The notes under the pieces are model-generated. The model did no database searches and had not been told where the DNA came from. It worked only from the letters and a program-made list of their open reading frames with translations. A program made the translations under genes and the position numbers. Below are positions 8,011 to 17,767 of a stretch of 41,279 nt of DNA, one piece after another (within the stretch, counting starts at the first letter, position 1; each line of letters starts with the position of its first letter). Location of the stretch: positions 1-41,279 of the IMG/VR virus record IMGVR_UViG_3300024287_000002; one strand, written 5' to 3'. This DNA is from a virus (Duplodnaviria; Caudoviricetes).

Positions 8011-10056
8011 CTAATGCAGCGTTGCGCCGCTTGGGCGGTATTCGATTGTTTGCGCAGTTTGCGGGACACGGCCAGCAAGTGCCTGCTCGATGCGCTTTTG
8101 GATCCTGTGGTTTTTCACCTGCTTGGCGACCAAGCGCAGGGTGGAAAGAACCGGCACGGGAAGGCCCGTCAGGCTGCCAGTGACGCCAGCTTCGCCCAAT
8201 GCAGCGAGCAGCACGCTTGCCGTATTCGAAGTGTTCACAGCGCCAGGAGGTACGGTGTAAATCACCTTGGCCAGATCGTTGACATCGCGTAGATGCTGCG
8301 CGCCCTGCTTGCCGAAAATGGTCTCAAGACGCCTGTCAGCATCGAGACGTTTGATGGCGTTGTTCAGCTTCGGAACGGACAGGATCACGTTGCCGCGCTG
8401 GTCAGTGGCTGTATTGGCGAATGCTTGATCCTTGATCCAGTTGAGCGTCTCGCCCTGCAAATCGCGCCATGCCTGCTGTCCAAGCTCGCGGACATCGGCG
8501 GCCGCATCCTTGGCGTGTGCGGTCAAGGCACGACGCACATACGCGACATTCTCGCGGCTAGCGTTGAGGATCGAGTGGTCGAACACATCGGCAATTGCCA
8601 CCTTGCGGTCTGCCGTGCCGCGCTTGTTGTTCAGTAGGGAAGCGATGATGCCCCGGTCCTCGTACTGCTTGGCGAGGTTCTCGCGCATCCGGCGCGCGTT
8701 GCGGTACAGCGGCCCGGCAACCGGCGCCGTTGCAGCATCGATTTCCCCCTTCAGGATCGCGGCATTGCGAACGTTGGTCGGCTCGTAGTCGGTCGCGTTG
8801 CCAATCGCACGGCGCAGCAGTTCGGCATTTTTCACGGTCGTGGGCTGGGCCACCAGATTGCCATCGGCGTCCTCGACGGCGGCACCCAGTTTGATCGCAT
8901 GGCGTCGCGCAGCACCCAGCAGCTTCGAGACCTCGGCGTCCGGCGCGCTCTCGTTCAGGAACTGGATGGCCGAATCGAGCGTCACCGGCTCCGCACTCTC
9001 GGCCGACTTCTCTGCATCCTTGTAGGCCACCCGAACGCGCGCCCGGTCGTTCTCGTACTTGGCCTTCAGCGCCTGATCCACCGATTGCCCCGTGCCAGCC
9101 AGGTCAGCGGATTCCTTGCCGGTCCTGTCGATCAGGTTTTCAAAGTGTTTTTGGACTTGCTCGTTCTGGTCCGAGTAGCGATCGCGGAATGCCGATCCTT
9201 GCTCGCCCTTGGCGGTCTCCTGCTCGAAGCGCAGCTGCTGCTGGTCGCGTGTGAGCTGACCTGATGTGAGCTTGACGCCGACTTGATCCGCGAGCTGCTG
9301 GCGTTGGCTGGCGATGTCCGTTCCTGCCGAGCCGACGCTGCCCAGCGTGCCAGGAGTCGGCTGGGGCTCAGGATTGCGCGATAGCGTGCGTTGCACGCGC
9401 TCAGCGATGGCGGGGGCGGCCTGCCGAATGCGCGCAACAGCCTGTTCTGCCGCAGGAACAACCGTCGCTCCCACCGCTGCGCGCGCACCTAGCGCGGCAT
9501 TCGATGCGCCTTGTCCTGCTGCGCCAAGCTCGGCGGTCAGCGGCGTTACCGGAAGCGCTGCCTCCAATGCAGACCCGACCGCAGCCGTCTGCTGCCGGCC
9601 CTCTGCTGTACGCGGCTGGTAGGTCAGCGCATTCGCCCCCTCGGCTGCAGCCTGCTCGACGTTGCGAACGCCCTCTTGCGTCCCAAGCTGGCCGGTTGCA
9701 ATCGCGCCCGCCAAACCGCCAAGCGTGCCGCCCAAAGCGCCAAGCGCGCCGCCAGTGGCACCAGTGGCCAGGGACAGCGCCGTTTCGCCGCCACCGATGA
9801 GCTTATCCACCAGTGATGGATTGGCTGGTGGAGCTTGCGTCGCGGGCTGACTCGCCATGAACTGCCGCTCTGCATCTGACACCGGAATCTGCGTACCGAT
9901 GGGCTTCGTGATGGTCAGATGACCGATGATTTCAGTATCCGAGTAGCCAGCCTTGCGTGCGCCGGCCACGTCGAATTTCTGCTCCTTGGCGAGGTAGCCA
10001 GCAATCTCCGCATCCGAGTAGCCAGCCGCGCGTGCGCCTTGAACGTCGAAGGCCAT
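8011..10056 (-). CDS. DNA ejection protein (P22 gp16 position)
   Basis: 681 aa, Ala/Gly/Gln-rich; tandem FDVxGARxAGYSDxEI repeats; third gene of the ejection cluster. Confidence 0.7.
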   Translation of the reverse strand: MAFDVQGARAAGYSDAEIAGYLAKEQKFDVAGARKAGYSDTEIIGHLTITKPIGTQIPVSDAERQFMASQPATQAPPANPSLVDKLIGGGETALSLATGATGGALGALGGTLGGLAGAIATGQLGTQEGVRNVEQAAAEGANALTYQPRTAEGRQQTAAVGSALEAALPVTPLTAELGAAGQGASNAALGARAAVGATVVPAAEQAVARIRQAAPAIAERVQRTLSRNPEPQPTPGTLGSVGSAGTDIASQRQQLADQVGVKLTSGQLTRDQQQLRFEQETAKGEQGSAFRDRYSDQNEQVQKHFENLIDRTGKESADLAGTGQSVDQALKAKYENDRARVRVAYKDAEKSAESAEPVTLDSAIQFLNESAPDAEVSKLLGAARRHAIKLGAAVEDADGNLVAQPTTVKNAELLRRAIGNATDYEPTNVRNAAILKGEIDAATAPVAGPLYRNARRMRENLAKQYEDRGIIASLLNNKRGTADRKVAIADVFDHSILNASRENVAYVRRALTAHAKDAAADVRELGQQAWRDLQGETLNWIKDQAFANTATDQRGNVILSVPKLNNAIKRLDADRRLETIFGKQGAQHLRDVNDLAKVIYTVPPGAVNTSNTASVLLAALGEAGVTGSLTGLPVPVLSTLRLVAKQVKNHRIQKRIEQALAGRVPQTAQTIEYRPSGATLH

Positions 10057-10058
10057 TG

Positions 10059-11312
10059 CTAGCCTCCGAAGCTCGAAAGAGGCGGGCGCTTGTCAGCCGC
10101 AGCCGGGGTGTCGGGATTCCCGAGCGGTACGCCAAAACGCTTGCTGATGATGCCTCGCGACTTCAGAGCCAGGCGTTGAACCTCACGCAAATTCGCCTCG
10201 AACTGTTCGTGCGATTGCGTTCTGCTCAAGTTTTGCAACGAGGCCTGTAGCTTATCGCCTTCCTTTTCGCTCAGGCTGCCGGTGCCCTTGATGTTAGGGA
10301 TCTGCGAAATAAAGACCTGAGAGCCAAGCGTATCGATATTGGCAATGGCATCCGCTGCTTCGTCGCTAAAAACAGCAGGCAAGCGGCCCTGAATCGAGCC
10401 GAGAACACTATTGAGGCTTGGATTCTTCAATGTGCGATCGATGGTGTTGAGCAGATTGTCAATCGAGCCTGCCGCCGATTCGGCGTTGGCAACCTTCGCG
10501 CGTGCATTGTCATTGAGTTCTTGCTGCGCCTTCTGCACCTGTAGCCCGAGTTCCTGACGCTTCAATGCATTCGTCTCGCGGCTGATCTGCGCGTTCAGGT
10601 AACCGATCTTGGTCTGGTCTCGCTTGTACTGGCTGTCAGTTCGGATGCCTTCCAGCTTGGCCAGTGCGGTCGGTTCTGCATATTGAGCCTCGGCGGCCTT
10701 GGTGGTGGCTTCTGACTCTGCGCCAGATGCTTCCGCATTCGCTTGCCGCAGCTTGGCCGGCGCCTGCTCCTGAGCACGCTGCTCGGTGCCTAGCTTCGCA
10801 TAGTTCTCCGCGAAGTTTTTTGGGTCCTGCGTATTGGCAGCCCACATGAGAAGCTGTCCACGAAGCAGATTCGGATTGGTGTCAACCAGGCCAAGGAACT
10901 GTTTTTCGTGGGAGGCATCGCGCCCGCTGTTTTCAAGCGCCTGGATGCGGTTCTGCAAAACCTGCTTGGCAGCGTTGGGATTGCCACTTTCCAGCGCAAA
11001 GCTTGTCTGCAATGCAGCGTCGCCTTCTGACTTGCGCTGACCGGCGTCAAGCTGATCCCACGATTGCTTGAAAGCTTCCCGCTGCTGTGGATATTTGAGC
11101 GCGAGTGAGGCGAAAGCCTGTGGGCTAGGGTTATTGATTGCGGCAGACACATCAGACTGATACTGCTGCGCCTGCTGTTGGGCGAGCTGTTGCGCCTGCG
11201 CCTGCTCCTGAATCTGGCGTATCCCAAGACCGAGCTGCAAGCCTCCTTGAATGTCGCGCAAGAAATTCTGCTGCGGCACTTGGGCGAGATAGTTGATCGG
11301 TTCGATTGCCAT
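10059..11312 (-). CDS. DNA ejection protein (P22 gp20 position)
   Basis: Q/A-rich helical protein with a C-terminal KGTGSLSEKEG motif; synteny. Confidence 0.7.
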   Translation of the reverse strand: MAIEPINYLAQVPQQNFLRDIQGGLQLGLGIRQIQEQAQAQQLAQQQAQQYQSDVSAAINNPSPQAFASLALKYPQQREAFKQSWDQLDAGQRKSEGDAALQTSFALESGNPNAAKQVLQNRIQALENSGRDASHEKQFLGLVDTNPNLLRGQLLMWAANTQDPKNFAENYAKLGTEQRAQEQAPAKLRQANAEASGAESEATTKAAEAQYAEPTALAKLEGIRTDSQYKRDQTKIGYLNAQISRETNALKRQELGLQVQKAQQELNDNARAKVANAESAAGSIDNLLNTIDRTLKNPSLNSVLGSIQGRLPAVFSDEAADAIANIDTLGSQVFISQIPNIKGTGSLSEKEGDKLQASLQNLSRTQSHEQFEANLREVQRLALKSRGIISKRFGVPLGNPDTPAAADKRPPLSSFGG

Positions 11313-11320
11313 GACAGCCC

Positions 11321-12088
11321 TCAGAATTTGGTCGGCAAACCGCCGATCAGGTCGCTGACCGGAAGTTTTGGCGGAACGAAGTCGTAATTGCCGGCAGAGG
11401 AAAACAGCGGGTTAAAGCCGGGCGATGCAGCAGGCGCGGACGCGGCCGGAGCACCGCCTTTTCCGCCGAACAAGCCGCCCAGCAATCCGCCGATTCCTAG
11501 CAAGCTGCCGAATGCTTGCCCCGGCACGCTCCCCTGGGCGATCTGACCGCCCGCTGTTGCCGCGCCCTGCTGCTGAAGTAGTTGCGCAATATTTGAACCA
11601 GTTTGCAGGCCAGCGTTGCCAACACCGGCTGCCGAGTTCTGGCCGATCGAGGTCAGGCCGCCGAGGCGCGCATATTGCTGGTCAATAAGCTGTGACAGTA
11701 ACGCCGGCTGGAACTGCGCCAACGCCGCTTGCACGTTCCCGCCGCGTAGTCCTCCGGTTGCCGAGGCGTTGGCTAAGATCGCGTCATTCCCCTGCTGCGA
11801 CAGCGCCTGAAATTGAGGAGAATTCTGTAGCGCGCCAATTGCGGCTTTCTGCGCATCCGCGCCGTTCAGACCGAGCAAATCCTGTTGTCCTGATAGCGCA
11901 CCGGTTCCCGCATTCACGTAGGGCGCGAGTTGCTGGCGGAATGCCTCCAGCGCAGCATTTTGCTGGTTAATCCCCTGCTGTGCAGCCGCAGCCTGCGTTG
12001 CGGCGCCTTCCTTGATGGCGTCGGCCTGCTGGCTGGCTCCGGTTATGCCGCCAACGACCTTGCCAATCGTCTTTCCGATGAATGACAT
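11321..12088 (-). CDS. DNA ejection protein (P22 gp7-like)
   Basis: Start MSFIGK; PYVNAG..AL and NASATGGLRGGN motifs; synteny. Confidence 0.75.
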   Translation of the reverse strand: MSFIGKTIGKVVGGITGASQQADAIKEGAATQAAAAQQGINQQNAALEAFRQQLAPYVNAGTGALSGQQDLLGLNGADAQKAAIGALQNSPQFQALSQQGNDAILANASATGGLRGGNVQAALAQFQPALLSQLIDQQYARLGGLTSIGQNSAAGVGNAGLQTGSNIAQLLQQQGAATAGGQIAQGSVPGQAFGSLLGIGGLLGGLFGGKGGAPAASAPAASPGFNPLFSSAGNYDFVPPKLPVSDLIGGLPTKF

Positions 12089-12549
12089 CAGTTGCACTCC
12101 CATTCGTTGCGAGTCATGCCAAGGACGTGGACGCCAAGAAGTCGGCCGTTCTGACGACAGGCGTTTCTGCGCAAGCCCTCGACCTTGAAGCCTAGCTTGA
12201 TGCAGTAATTGCGAGCCGCGTTCATGCCCTCGATGACATAGGCGGTGACGCGCTCGATGACGGGGTTGCTGAAGGCGTGGCCGAGGCATAGCCGACCGAG
12301 CGCGCGCGAGTAGGGCAGTGCGCGGCGCTGGAGCAGTGCGTGCAGATCAAGCTCGATGAAGCCGGATTCGATGACCAGGAAGGCGCCAACCAGGATGCCG
12401 TTGACGTGCGCGCCGAGGTAGCGCACTGCCGGGTGATCGATCAGGGTGGCCGGGCGGTCGTCATGGCCGACGCGCGCGATGTAGGGATCACGATAGAGCT
12501 CAGCGAGGGCGTATTCGTCGGTAAGCGGATGCAGTTCCAGCAGCGGCAT
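12088..12549 (-). CDS. GNAT-fold virion assembly protein (P22 gp14 position)
   Basis: ARNYCIKLGFKVEG.RR motif; GGGAGA RBS; lies upstream of the gp7-like gene. Confidence 0.7.
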   Translation of the reverse strand: MPLLELHPLTDEYALAELYRDPYIARVGHDDRPATLIDHPAVRYLGAHVNGILVGAFLVIESGFIELDLHALLQRRALPYSRALGRLCLGHAFSNPVIERVTAYVIEGMNAARNYCIKLGFKVEGLRRNACRQNGRLLGVHVLGMTRNEWECN

Positions 12550-12630
12550 CAGGTTCTCCCATTCGGGGTTCTGGTGCGCCGCTGGCTGCGCGATAGGCTC
12601 AGCTGTTGCCGATGCTCTGGCAATGTACTG

Positions 12631-12660
12631 ATTATAGATTTCTCCGCGCTTGGATTGCAA
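12631..12660 (-). promoter_or_regulatory. Putative sigma70 promoter inside the late region
   Basis: Minus strand TTGCAA-18 bp-TATAAT in an intergenic gap upstream of the gp14/ejection cluster. Confidence 0.55.
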
Positions 12661-12677
12661 TCTGGGGATCGAATATT

Positions 12678-13142
12678 TTATCCATCCAACTCGGGGTTAA
12701 TGGCCATGAGCGCGGTTTCGCCTACATGGGCGATGTCGGCAAAGACCGGCCTGCCGGATGCACGCAGAGCCCCCGCTGCCAACTCGTAGCAGTACCACTT
12801 GTCATTCTGCGTCCAGTCACGGTACGGAGAAAGGCCAAGACCGAGAGCCGCACCCCAGTCATATGGCAAACCAACCTGCTTTTTCAACCAAGCTATCCCA
12901 GCGTCCGCATCCGGCACTTGGTATCGAATTTCTTTCACGATCATCAGCCCTGACGTTGCCGTCGCACGGTCAGTTGTACGCACACCATGCAGCATGTGCG
13001 CTTCATAGACGGCATCGCCGGCATCGATGATGCAGTGCGACGACAGCGCCAGCGCAAACCGCGAGCGCGGGACGGCCCAACGGATCAACCACGAAATCGG
13101 GTTCCATTTGCGCCGAGTGAAAATGAGGGTGATCGTCTGCAT
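12678..13142 (-). CDS. Permuted papain-like NlpC/P60 enzyme (YiiX/YebB-like)
   Basis: SSHC...VYEA, QVGLPYDW and KWYCYEL, giving His-before-Cys catalytic order. Confidence 0.8.
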   Translation of the reverse strand: MQTITLIFTRRKWNPISWLIRWAVPRSRFALALSSHCIIDAGDAVYEAHMLHGVRTTDRATATSGLMIVKEIRYQVPDADAGIAWLKKQVGLPYDWGAALGLGLSPYRDWTQNDKWYCYELAAGALRASGRPVFADIAHVGETALMAINPELDG

Positions 13143-13144
13143 TC

Positions 13145-13684
13145 TTACCATGTGATAGCGTTGACTTCTTCGGGCGTGGTGGCGGCGGCAATCTTCGCCT
13201 TGAGGTCTTGCGAGTGCATGAAATTCGCAATGCCGGCGTCGTACATCCCGGTGAAGAATGCATTCCATTCATCCACGCTGGCGATTTGCACAAACGAGTT
13301 GTCAACAGCCTTCCAGCCGCCAGGCCAATTCGGTGGCATGCCCACCCCCTTGCTGATTCGAGCATCCGAGACCAGCAGATCGTTCATGTCCTTTTCGGCC
13401 GTGCGAATCGCTTTTCCCTGATAGACGAAATGGTCGGCATCGGCGGCTAGCCTAGCCTGGGTGATTTCCGCAGTCTTTTGCGCCTTGAGTGTCGAGAGGT
13501 CGACCACGGGCGCCGAAATCACCAACTGGCCGTCAACAAAGTCGAACGTGTAACCGACCGGGCGCGTCATCGCTGCTTGGTAGTCCTCGATCGGCACCTC
13601 CACCACATCGGCGGGCAGGTTGTCGCCATAGTCGATTTCAAACGGGTAGAACGTGCCTGTGGTTTTCGAATAGCGGGTTTTCAT
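13145..13684 (-). CDS. Tail fibre assembly/chaperone-like protein (DUF4376-like C-terminus)
   Basis: YSKTTGTFY...LPADVVEV N-terminus; WKAVDNSFV and KAKIAAATTPEEVNAITW C-terminus. Confidence 0.75.
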   Translation of the reverse strand: MKTRYSKTTGTFYPFEIDYGDNLPADVVEVPIEDYQAAMTRPVGYTFDFVDGQLVISAPVVDLSTLKAQKTAEITQARLAADADHFVYQGKAIRTAEKDMNDLLVSDARISKGVGMPPNWPGGWKAVDNSFVQIASVDEWNAFFTGMYDAGIANFMHSQDLKAKIAAATTPEEVNAITW

Positions 13685-13694
13685 CGAATCCTCC

Positions 13695-14303
13695 CTAACG
13701 CCCGATGGCAAAAATTCGATAGACGCGTGAACCGGCGGGGCCAATCGTGAAGCCCCCAATGGCGGTAGGCGATCCAAGGCCTTCGACGGATGCATTGATT
13801 GGGCTGCTACTGATTGCGCTACCCATAGTTAGAAGCGCCTGTAGCGGGCCGGTCGGGAAGGCAACCGGCAGCGTGAAACTGAAACCTACAGGCGATCCGG
13901 TGTCTGTTTGCGTAAACTGCCCCCACTGAAAAATCAGGCCACCAGGCAGCGGCTGCCAGCCGTTAGTTGCCAGCAGGCCCGCAAACGCGGCAAGGGGGGC
14001 CTTCTCTGTGTCGAGTTCGTTAATTGCTGCCTGCACAGTGGTCGATGAAATACCACCAGCCGGGGTATTGCCGACGAGGGCCGCCCCCCCTGGCGCATGC
14101 AGTGCGGCCAACTGGCTCAAGGCGCTGGTGGCGTCGGCCTGGGCGCTATCTGCATCTTCCTGAGCATGGTTGGCGGTAACCTGCGCTGTCGTAATGGAGT
14201 CCGTGTTGCTGCCGACATCCTTGAGCAGCGTTTCAAACGTGATAATGGCATCCGGAGGCAGGAAGTTCTTCAGGATCTTCCGGTCGATGACAAGGCTAGG
14301 CAT
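13695..14303 (-). CDS. Tail needle-position protein with a fibre-tip-like C-terminal domain
   Basis: Follows gp10; N-terminal coiled coil; TVQAAINELDTEK; NGWQPLPGGLIFQWG...FTLPVAFP...IFAIG tip motif. Confidence 0.7.
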   Translation of the reverse strand: MPSLVIDRKILKNFLPPDAIITFETLLKDVGSNTDSITTAQVTANHAQEDADSAQADATSALSQLAALHAPGGAALVGNTPAGGISSTTVQAAINELDTEKAPLAAFAGLLATNGWQPLPGGLIFQWGQFTQTDTGSPVGFSFTLPVAFPTGPLQALLTMGSAISSSPINASVEGLGSPTAIGGFTIGPAGSRVYRIFAIGR

Positions 14304-15696
14304 TGAGCGGCTCCAACTGCGCCTCCAGGCGCGCGAAGGACAAATGGGCGTCTGACGTACCGCGAAACTTCTGGATGCGCCATGCGGGCATGTAACCCTG
14401 CCGCAGCCAGGTAATGCGGCACGTGCGGTCGCCCTGTCGGCCCACCTTGCATGGGCGCTCGCTGCTCCACGTTTCGCCATCAATCGAATGCGAGGTCCAG
14501 ATCACCGGGTCGGCGCCGAGCGGAACGCGGCCAGAGAGGGCGATCAGCTCAAGCTCGTGAAAGACTGCGCCACGGCTTTCGTTGTAGATGATGCGGGTGC
14601 CGAACTCCCAGCCGATGACGGCGCCATAGTGGGTCGATACCGCATTGTTTAGCGTCCCTACCGTGTTGCCAGTCGGGTCGCCGCACAGCCATTTGTTGTA
14701 GCACCACACGAGATTGCGGGCGCGATAGGCGGCCGGCGATCCCACGCCGGAGTCGAGCGTGAACCAAACCGGCTCTCCGACTGCCTGCGACGCTGCGGCG
14801 TCATATACCAAGCATCGGTCCGGCAAATGCAAATACAGAAATTCGTGGCTTTTTTCGGTCCTGGCTTCCAGCACGCTCAGGGCAAGCTGCGCTTCGCTGT
14901 AGCCCTGCAGGATCGTATCGATTTCGCGCGTGGAGATTTTGCCGGTCTCTCCATTGGCGCCAAGCCAGACGGCCGGGGGCTCTTTGCGGCCACTGCCAAG
15001 AAATGCAATCTGCTCAAGGAAAACGCACGCGCAATGAGTGCCGATCGCGCCGCGCTGCAACATTGCCCCTTCGTTGCGGGAGAAGGGGAAATTCGCGCCG
15101 CCAACGTTGCTGAAACTTTCGATGGTGTACCTATTCAGCGCGTAAATCTCGCGGCGCAATTTGAGCAGCCCTTTGATCGGATCAGGATCGGCTTCAGCCG
15201 TGCCGTATTTCAACGGATTGACAGACAAGGGGTTGCTCAGGTCCGTAACGATGATGAAAGCGCCATCTGTCGTGACGAAATAACCGTCGAACCAGATCAT
15301 ATCCAAGACCGTGCCAAGATCAGTATCGGTGACCTGTTGCAAAGTGGTTCCGGTCCAATAATACAGGCCGCCATTCGAAGCGATGCCAAGGCGGTCCAGA
15401 GAGTAATCCAGCGATACCTGCCCGCCATTGCCTACGTCGCCAAGGATGTCGAGCGTACCGTTCGCGTTTACCCTGACGAGTTTGCTGCCCATCACGCGGT
15501 AGCAGATATCATTCCAGTTGATGCCACCCCGGTCCATGCCCGGTCCGGTTCCGATCAGACTGACGCCATCGGCCGGGCGCAGATAACCAGCACTGATGCC
15601 ATTGTCTTTTGGGACTGGAATCAGATTGCGCGGAAGCGCGGTTCGAAAGTCCGGCGCTTCGTCCGCAAAGATTCCACTCAGAATTGGGATTTGCAT
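14296..15696 (-). CDS. Packaged-DNA stabilization / tail hub protein (P22 gp10-like)
   Basis: 466 aa, beta-rich; DGYFV, AEADPD and S.DGETWS motifs; synteny. Confidence 0.85.
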   Translation of the reverse strand: MQIPILSGIFADEAPDFRTALPRNLIPVPKDNGISAGYLRPADGVSLIGTGPGMDRGGINWNDICYRVMGSKLVRVNANGTLDILGDVGNGGQVSLDYSLDRLGIASNGGLYYWTGTTLQQVTDTDLGTVLDMIWFDGYFVTTDGAFIIVTDLSNPLSVNPLKYGTAEADPDPIKGLLKLRREIYALNRYTIESFSNVGGANFPFSRNEGAMLQRGAIGTHCACVFLEQIAFLGSGRKEPPAVWLGANGETGKISTREIDTILQGYSEAQLALSVLEARTEKSHEFLYLHLPDRCLVYDAAASQAVGEPVWFTLDSGVGSPAAYRARNLVWCYNKWLCGDPTGNTVGTLNNAVSTHYGAVIGWEFGTRIIYNESRGAVFHELELIALSGRVPLGADPVIWTSHSIDGETWSSERPCKVGRQGDRTCRITWLRQGYMPAWRIQKFRGTSDAHLSFARLEAQLEPLNA

Positions 15697-15709
15697 GGCT
15701 AATCCAGGC

Positions 15710-16510
15710 TTACGGCCACAGCGATAGGTCGTACAGAAAGCCGATCACGGAAGCATCGACCTGCGTATTGTTCTGCGATACCGAGAGCACCCGGATTGCC
15801 GTTGATGATGTCGCCGAAACCGTGTTGTAAGGAACGCCACAGCCAACTTCATGCCGGTAAATGCTCTGCCCACCAGCGAACAGGGGCAGGCGAACGGCAT
15901 TGATTTGCCTGCCTGCCGAATTGGTCGTGACGAAGACGAAGCGCACGCTTTCTGCGCCGCCAGTGGTCGTAATTCCCATGACTGCCGAGTGAAGCTCAAG
16001 CAGAAATCCGGCAGGCACGGTGTATTTGCACTGGTTCAGCACGCCGTCGCCAGGGGAGATGTAGGCACGCGCCGCGCCGCCACCGGTCACGCGGATCGTC
16101 AGCAGGCCGGCATTCACGCCACCGCTGCCAGCGGTCAGCACAATGGCAGCGTTGGTTGTCAGATGCGCTCCGGTCAGCGCAACGGGCGTGGTGCCGTTCA
16201 GCGTGACTGTTTGCGTGACCTCGGCAAAGCTGCCGTTCAGCGTCGTAATGCTCAACGTGCGCGCGCCCGTTCCGGCTGCGGTATCGTTTGCGCTGCTTGA
16301 CACTACCTCCCAGGATTCCGCACTTGCAGGAACCGGGATTAGCGTCGATTCGAGCGCCGGGAAGATGTCCTCGGGAGCGGTCGCGATATCGACATCCGAG
16401 TTATAGCCGCTGAACACAATACGGCGCACGCCAGGCACTTTCCCGAGCGAAGCGGCGGCAAGAAATTCGCCCGTCCCCCTTCGCGTCGTCTGGAAACCGC
16501 TGCCGGACAT
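15710..16510 (-). CDS. Hypothetical virion protein
   Basis: VVSSSANDTAAGTGART...EVTQTVTLNGTTPV; beta-rich; within the structural operon. Confidence 0.7.
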   Translation of the reverse strand: MSGSGFQTTRRGTGEFLAAASLGKVPGVRRIVFSGYNSDVDIATAPEDIFPALESTLIPVPASAESWEVVSSSANDTAAGTGARTLSITTLNGSFAEVTQTVTLNGTTPVALTGAHLTTNAAIVLTAGSGGVNAGLLTIRVTGGGAARAYISPGDGVLNQCKYTVPAGFLLELHSAVMGITTTGGAESVRFVFVTTNSAGRQINAVRLPLFAGGQSIYRHEVGCGVPYNTVSATSSTAIRVLSVSQNNTQVDASVIGFLYDLSLWP

Positions 16511-16511
16511 G

Positions 16512-16811
16512 TCAGAACCCCTCGCCGTTCATGATGTGCAACGTGGTGCCAGCAGAAGAGATATGTGACAGCTTGTCGGCCTGCTCGGACTTGGTAATGG
16601 GCACTTGCCAGTTCGGCGGGACCGGGAAATCGGCCGTGCTTGCGTTGGCAACAGTTCCCTCAGCGATGCGGACATAGCAGACATTCGTGCCGAGGTTCGT
16701 CAGGATGACCTGCTTACTGCCCTTGGTGAGCGTGACAGTCGCGGCTGCAGCGGCTGGAGTAACGGTTTGGCCGGAGCCGTAGGCAGGTGCGAAAGGCTGT
16801 TTGATGGTCAT
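16512..16811 (-). CDS. Hypothetical small virion protein
   Basis: Beta-rich 99 aa, tightly packed in the structural operon. Confidence 0.7.
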   Translation of the reverse strand: MTIKQPFAPAYGSGQTVTPAAAAATVTLTKGSKQVILTNLGTNVCYVRIAEGTVANASTADFPVPPNWQVPITKSEQADKLSHISSAGTTLHIMNGEGF

Positions 16812-16814
16812 ATA

Positions 16815-17273
16815 TCATCCGATCCGATACCAAGAATTGTTGATAGTGTTGAAGCGCAGCCGGAAGAAGCCATTTGCGGACAACGTGGTCGGCACACCGT
16901 TGACGACTGCTCCGTTTCCGGCAACCGTCAGCGCAGTAATTGCCTGCGTGCTGGTGACAAGCACCTCCTGCCCATCAGCTGTGGTCACAGAAACTGGCAG
17001 CGTTACCGTTCCTGCCGCAAAGGCGCCTGTCGGCGTTAGTAGCAAGTGGACATCTTCGCCTGGGGCGGGCGGTGCAATCGTCACGTTAAAAGCGGTCGCG
17101 TTCGGGGAGGCATATTGCGTCGCCATCGCGCCCGCTTCTGCCAAGTTCTCTTGCAGGAAGTCGAGTAGCACCGACATGGCAGCGGCGCGCGCATCGCCAT
17201 TGTTGGTTGCGAAGATCACGAGCAGGTCGCCCAATGAGAGCGAATCGGCGCGCGAAAGCTGGTTGATCTGCAT
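16815..17273 (-). CDS. Hypothetical virion protein
   Basis: MQINQL... to ...WYRIG; within the structural operon. Confidence 0.7.
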   Translation of the reverse strand: MQINQLSRADSLSLGDLLVIFATNNGDARAAAMSVLLDFLQENLAEAGAMATQYASPNATAFNVTIAPPAPGEDVHLLLTPTGAFAAGTVTLPVSVTTADGQEVLVTSTQAITALTVAGNGAVVNGVPTTLSANGFFRLRFNTINNSWYRIG

Positions 17274-17281
17274 TGCGGCTC

Positions 17282-17764
17282 CTAGTTGAATTCAAGTTCG
17301 CCGTCAGGGCCTGCGTCGATTGGCTCGGGCGGCTGCGGCAGGAACGGGTTGCGACCCAGAGCCCAGGATTTGTTGCCGGCACCGGATGGCATCGTGCAGG
17401 GATAGCGAACTTCGGGCGGCATCGCGGAGCGTGCCATCAGCATGTCGTAGCCTTCTTTGGCCGTCGCGGCTGTGGTCGGTGCAATCTGCTTGCCGTAGCC
17501 GGCTGCGATGCGGACGGCCAGGTTCATGAAGACAGGCTCACTGGCGTAATCTGGCAGGTTCGAGTCGTCGTCCAAACTCGATGAATCTGGCGACGATGGC
17601 AGCGGGTAGCCGAGTCGGATTCCTTTGCCGTCCCACATCGCCATCATCGCGTCCAGGCGGCGCAGGCCCAATTGCAGGATATCGGCGTCAAGCGTTATTT
17701 CGAAGCCGCGCAATGCGAGTTCATTGAACGCTTCCTCCACCAGCTGCTGCTTCGACCAAGACAT
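17282..17764 (-). CDS. Head-to-tail adaptor (P22 gp4-like)
   Basis: LRRLDAMMAMW, NLAVRIA..YG and MPSGAGNK motifs. Confidence 0.85.
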   Translation of the reverse strand: MSWSKQQLVEEAFNELALRGFEITLDADILQLGLRRLDAMMAMWDGKGIRLGYPLPSSPDSSSLDDDSNLPDYASEPVFMNLAVRIAAGYGKQIAPTTAATAKEGYDMLMARSAMPPEVRYPCTMPSGAGNKSWALGRNPFLPQPPEPIDAGPDGELEFN

Positions 17765-17767
17765 GGC

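Noticed and set aside
6200-14303. Invertible tail-fibre switching between the two fibre modules
   Set aside because: Both modules are on the same strand; no serine invertase and no flanking inverted repeats seen
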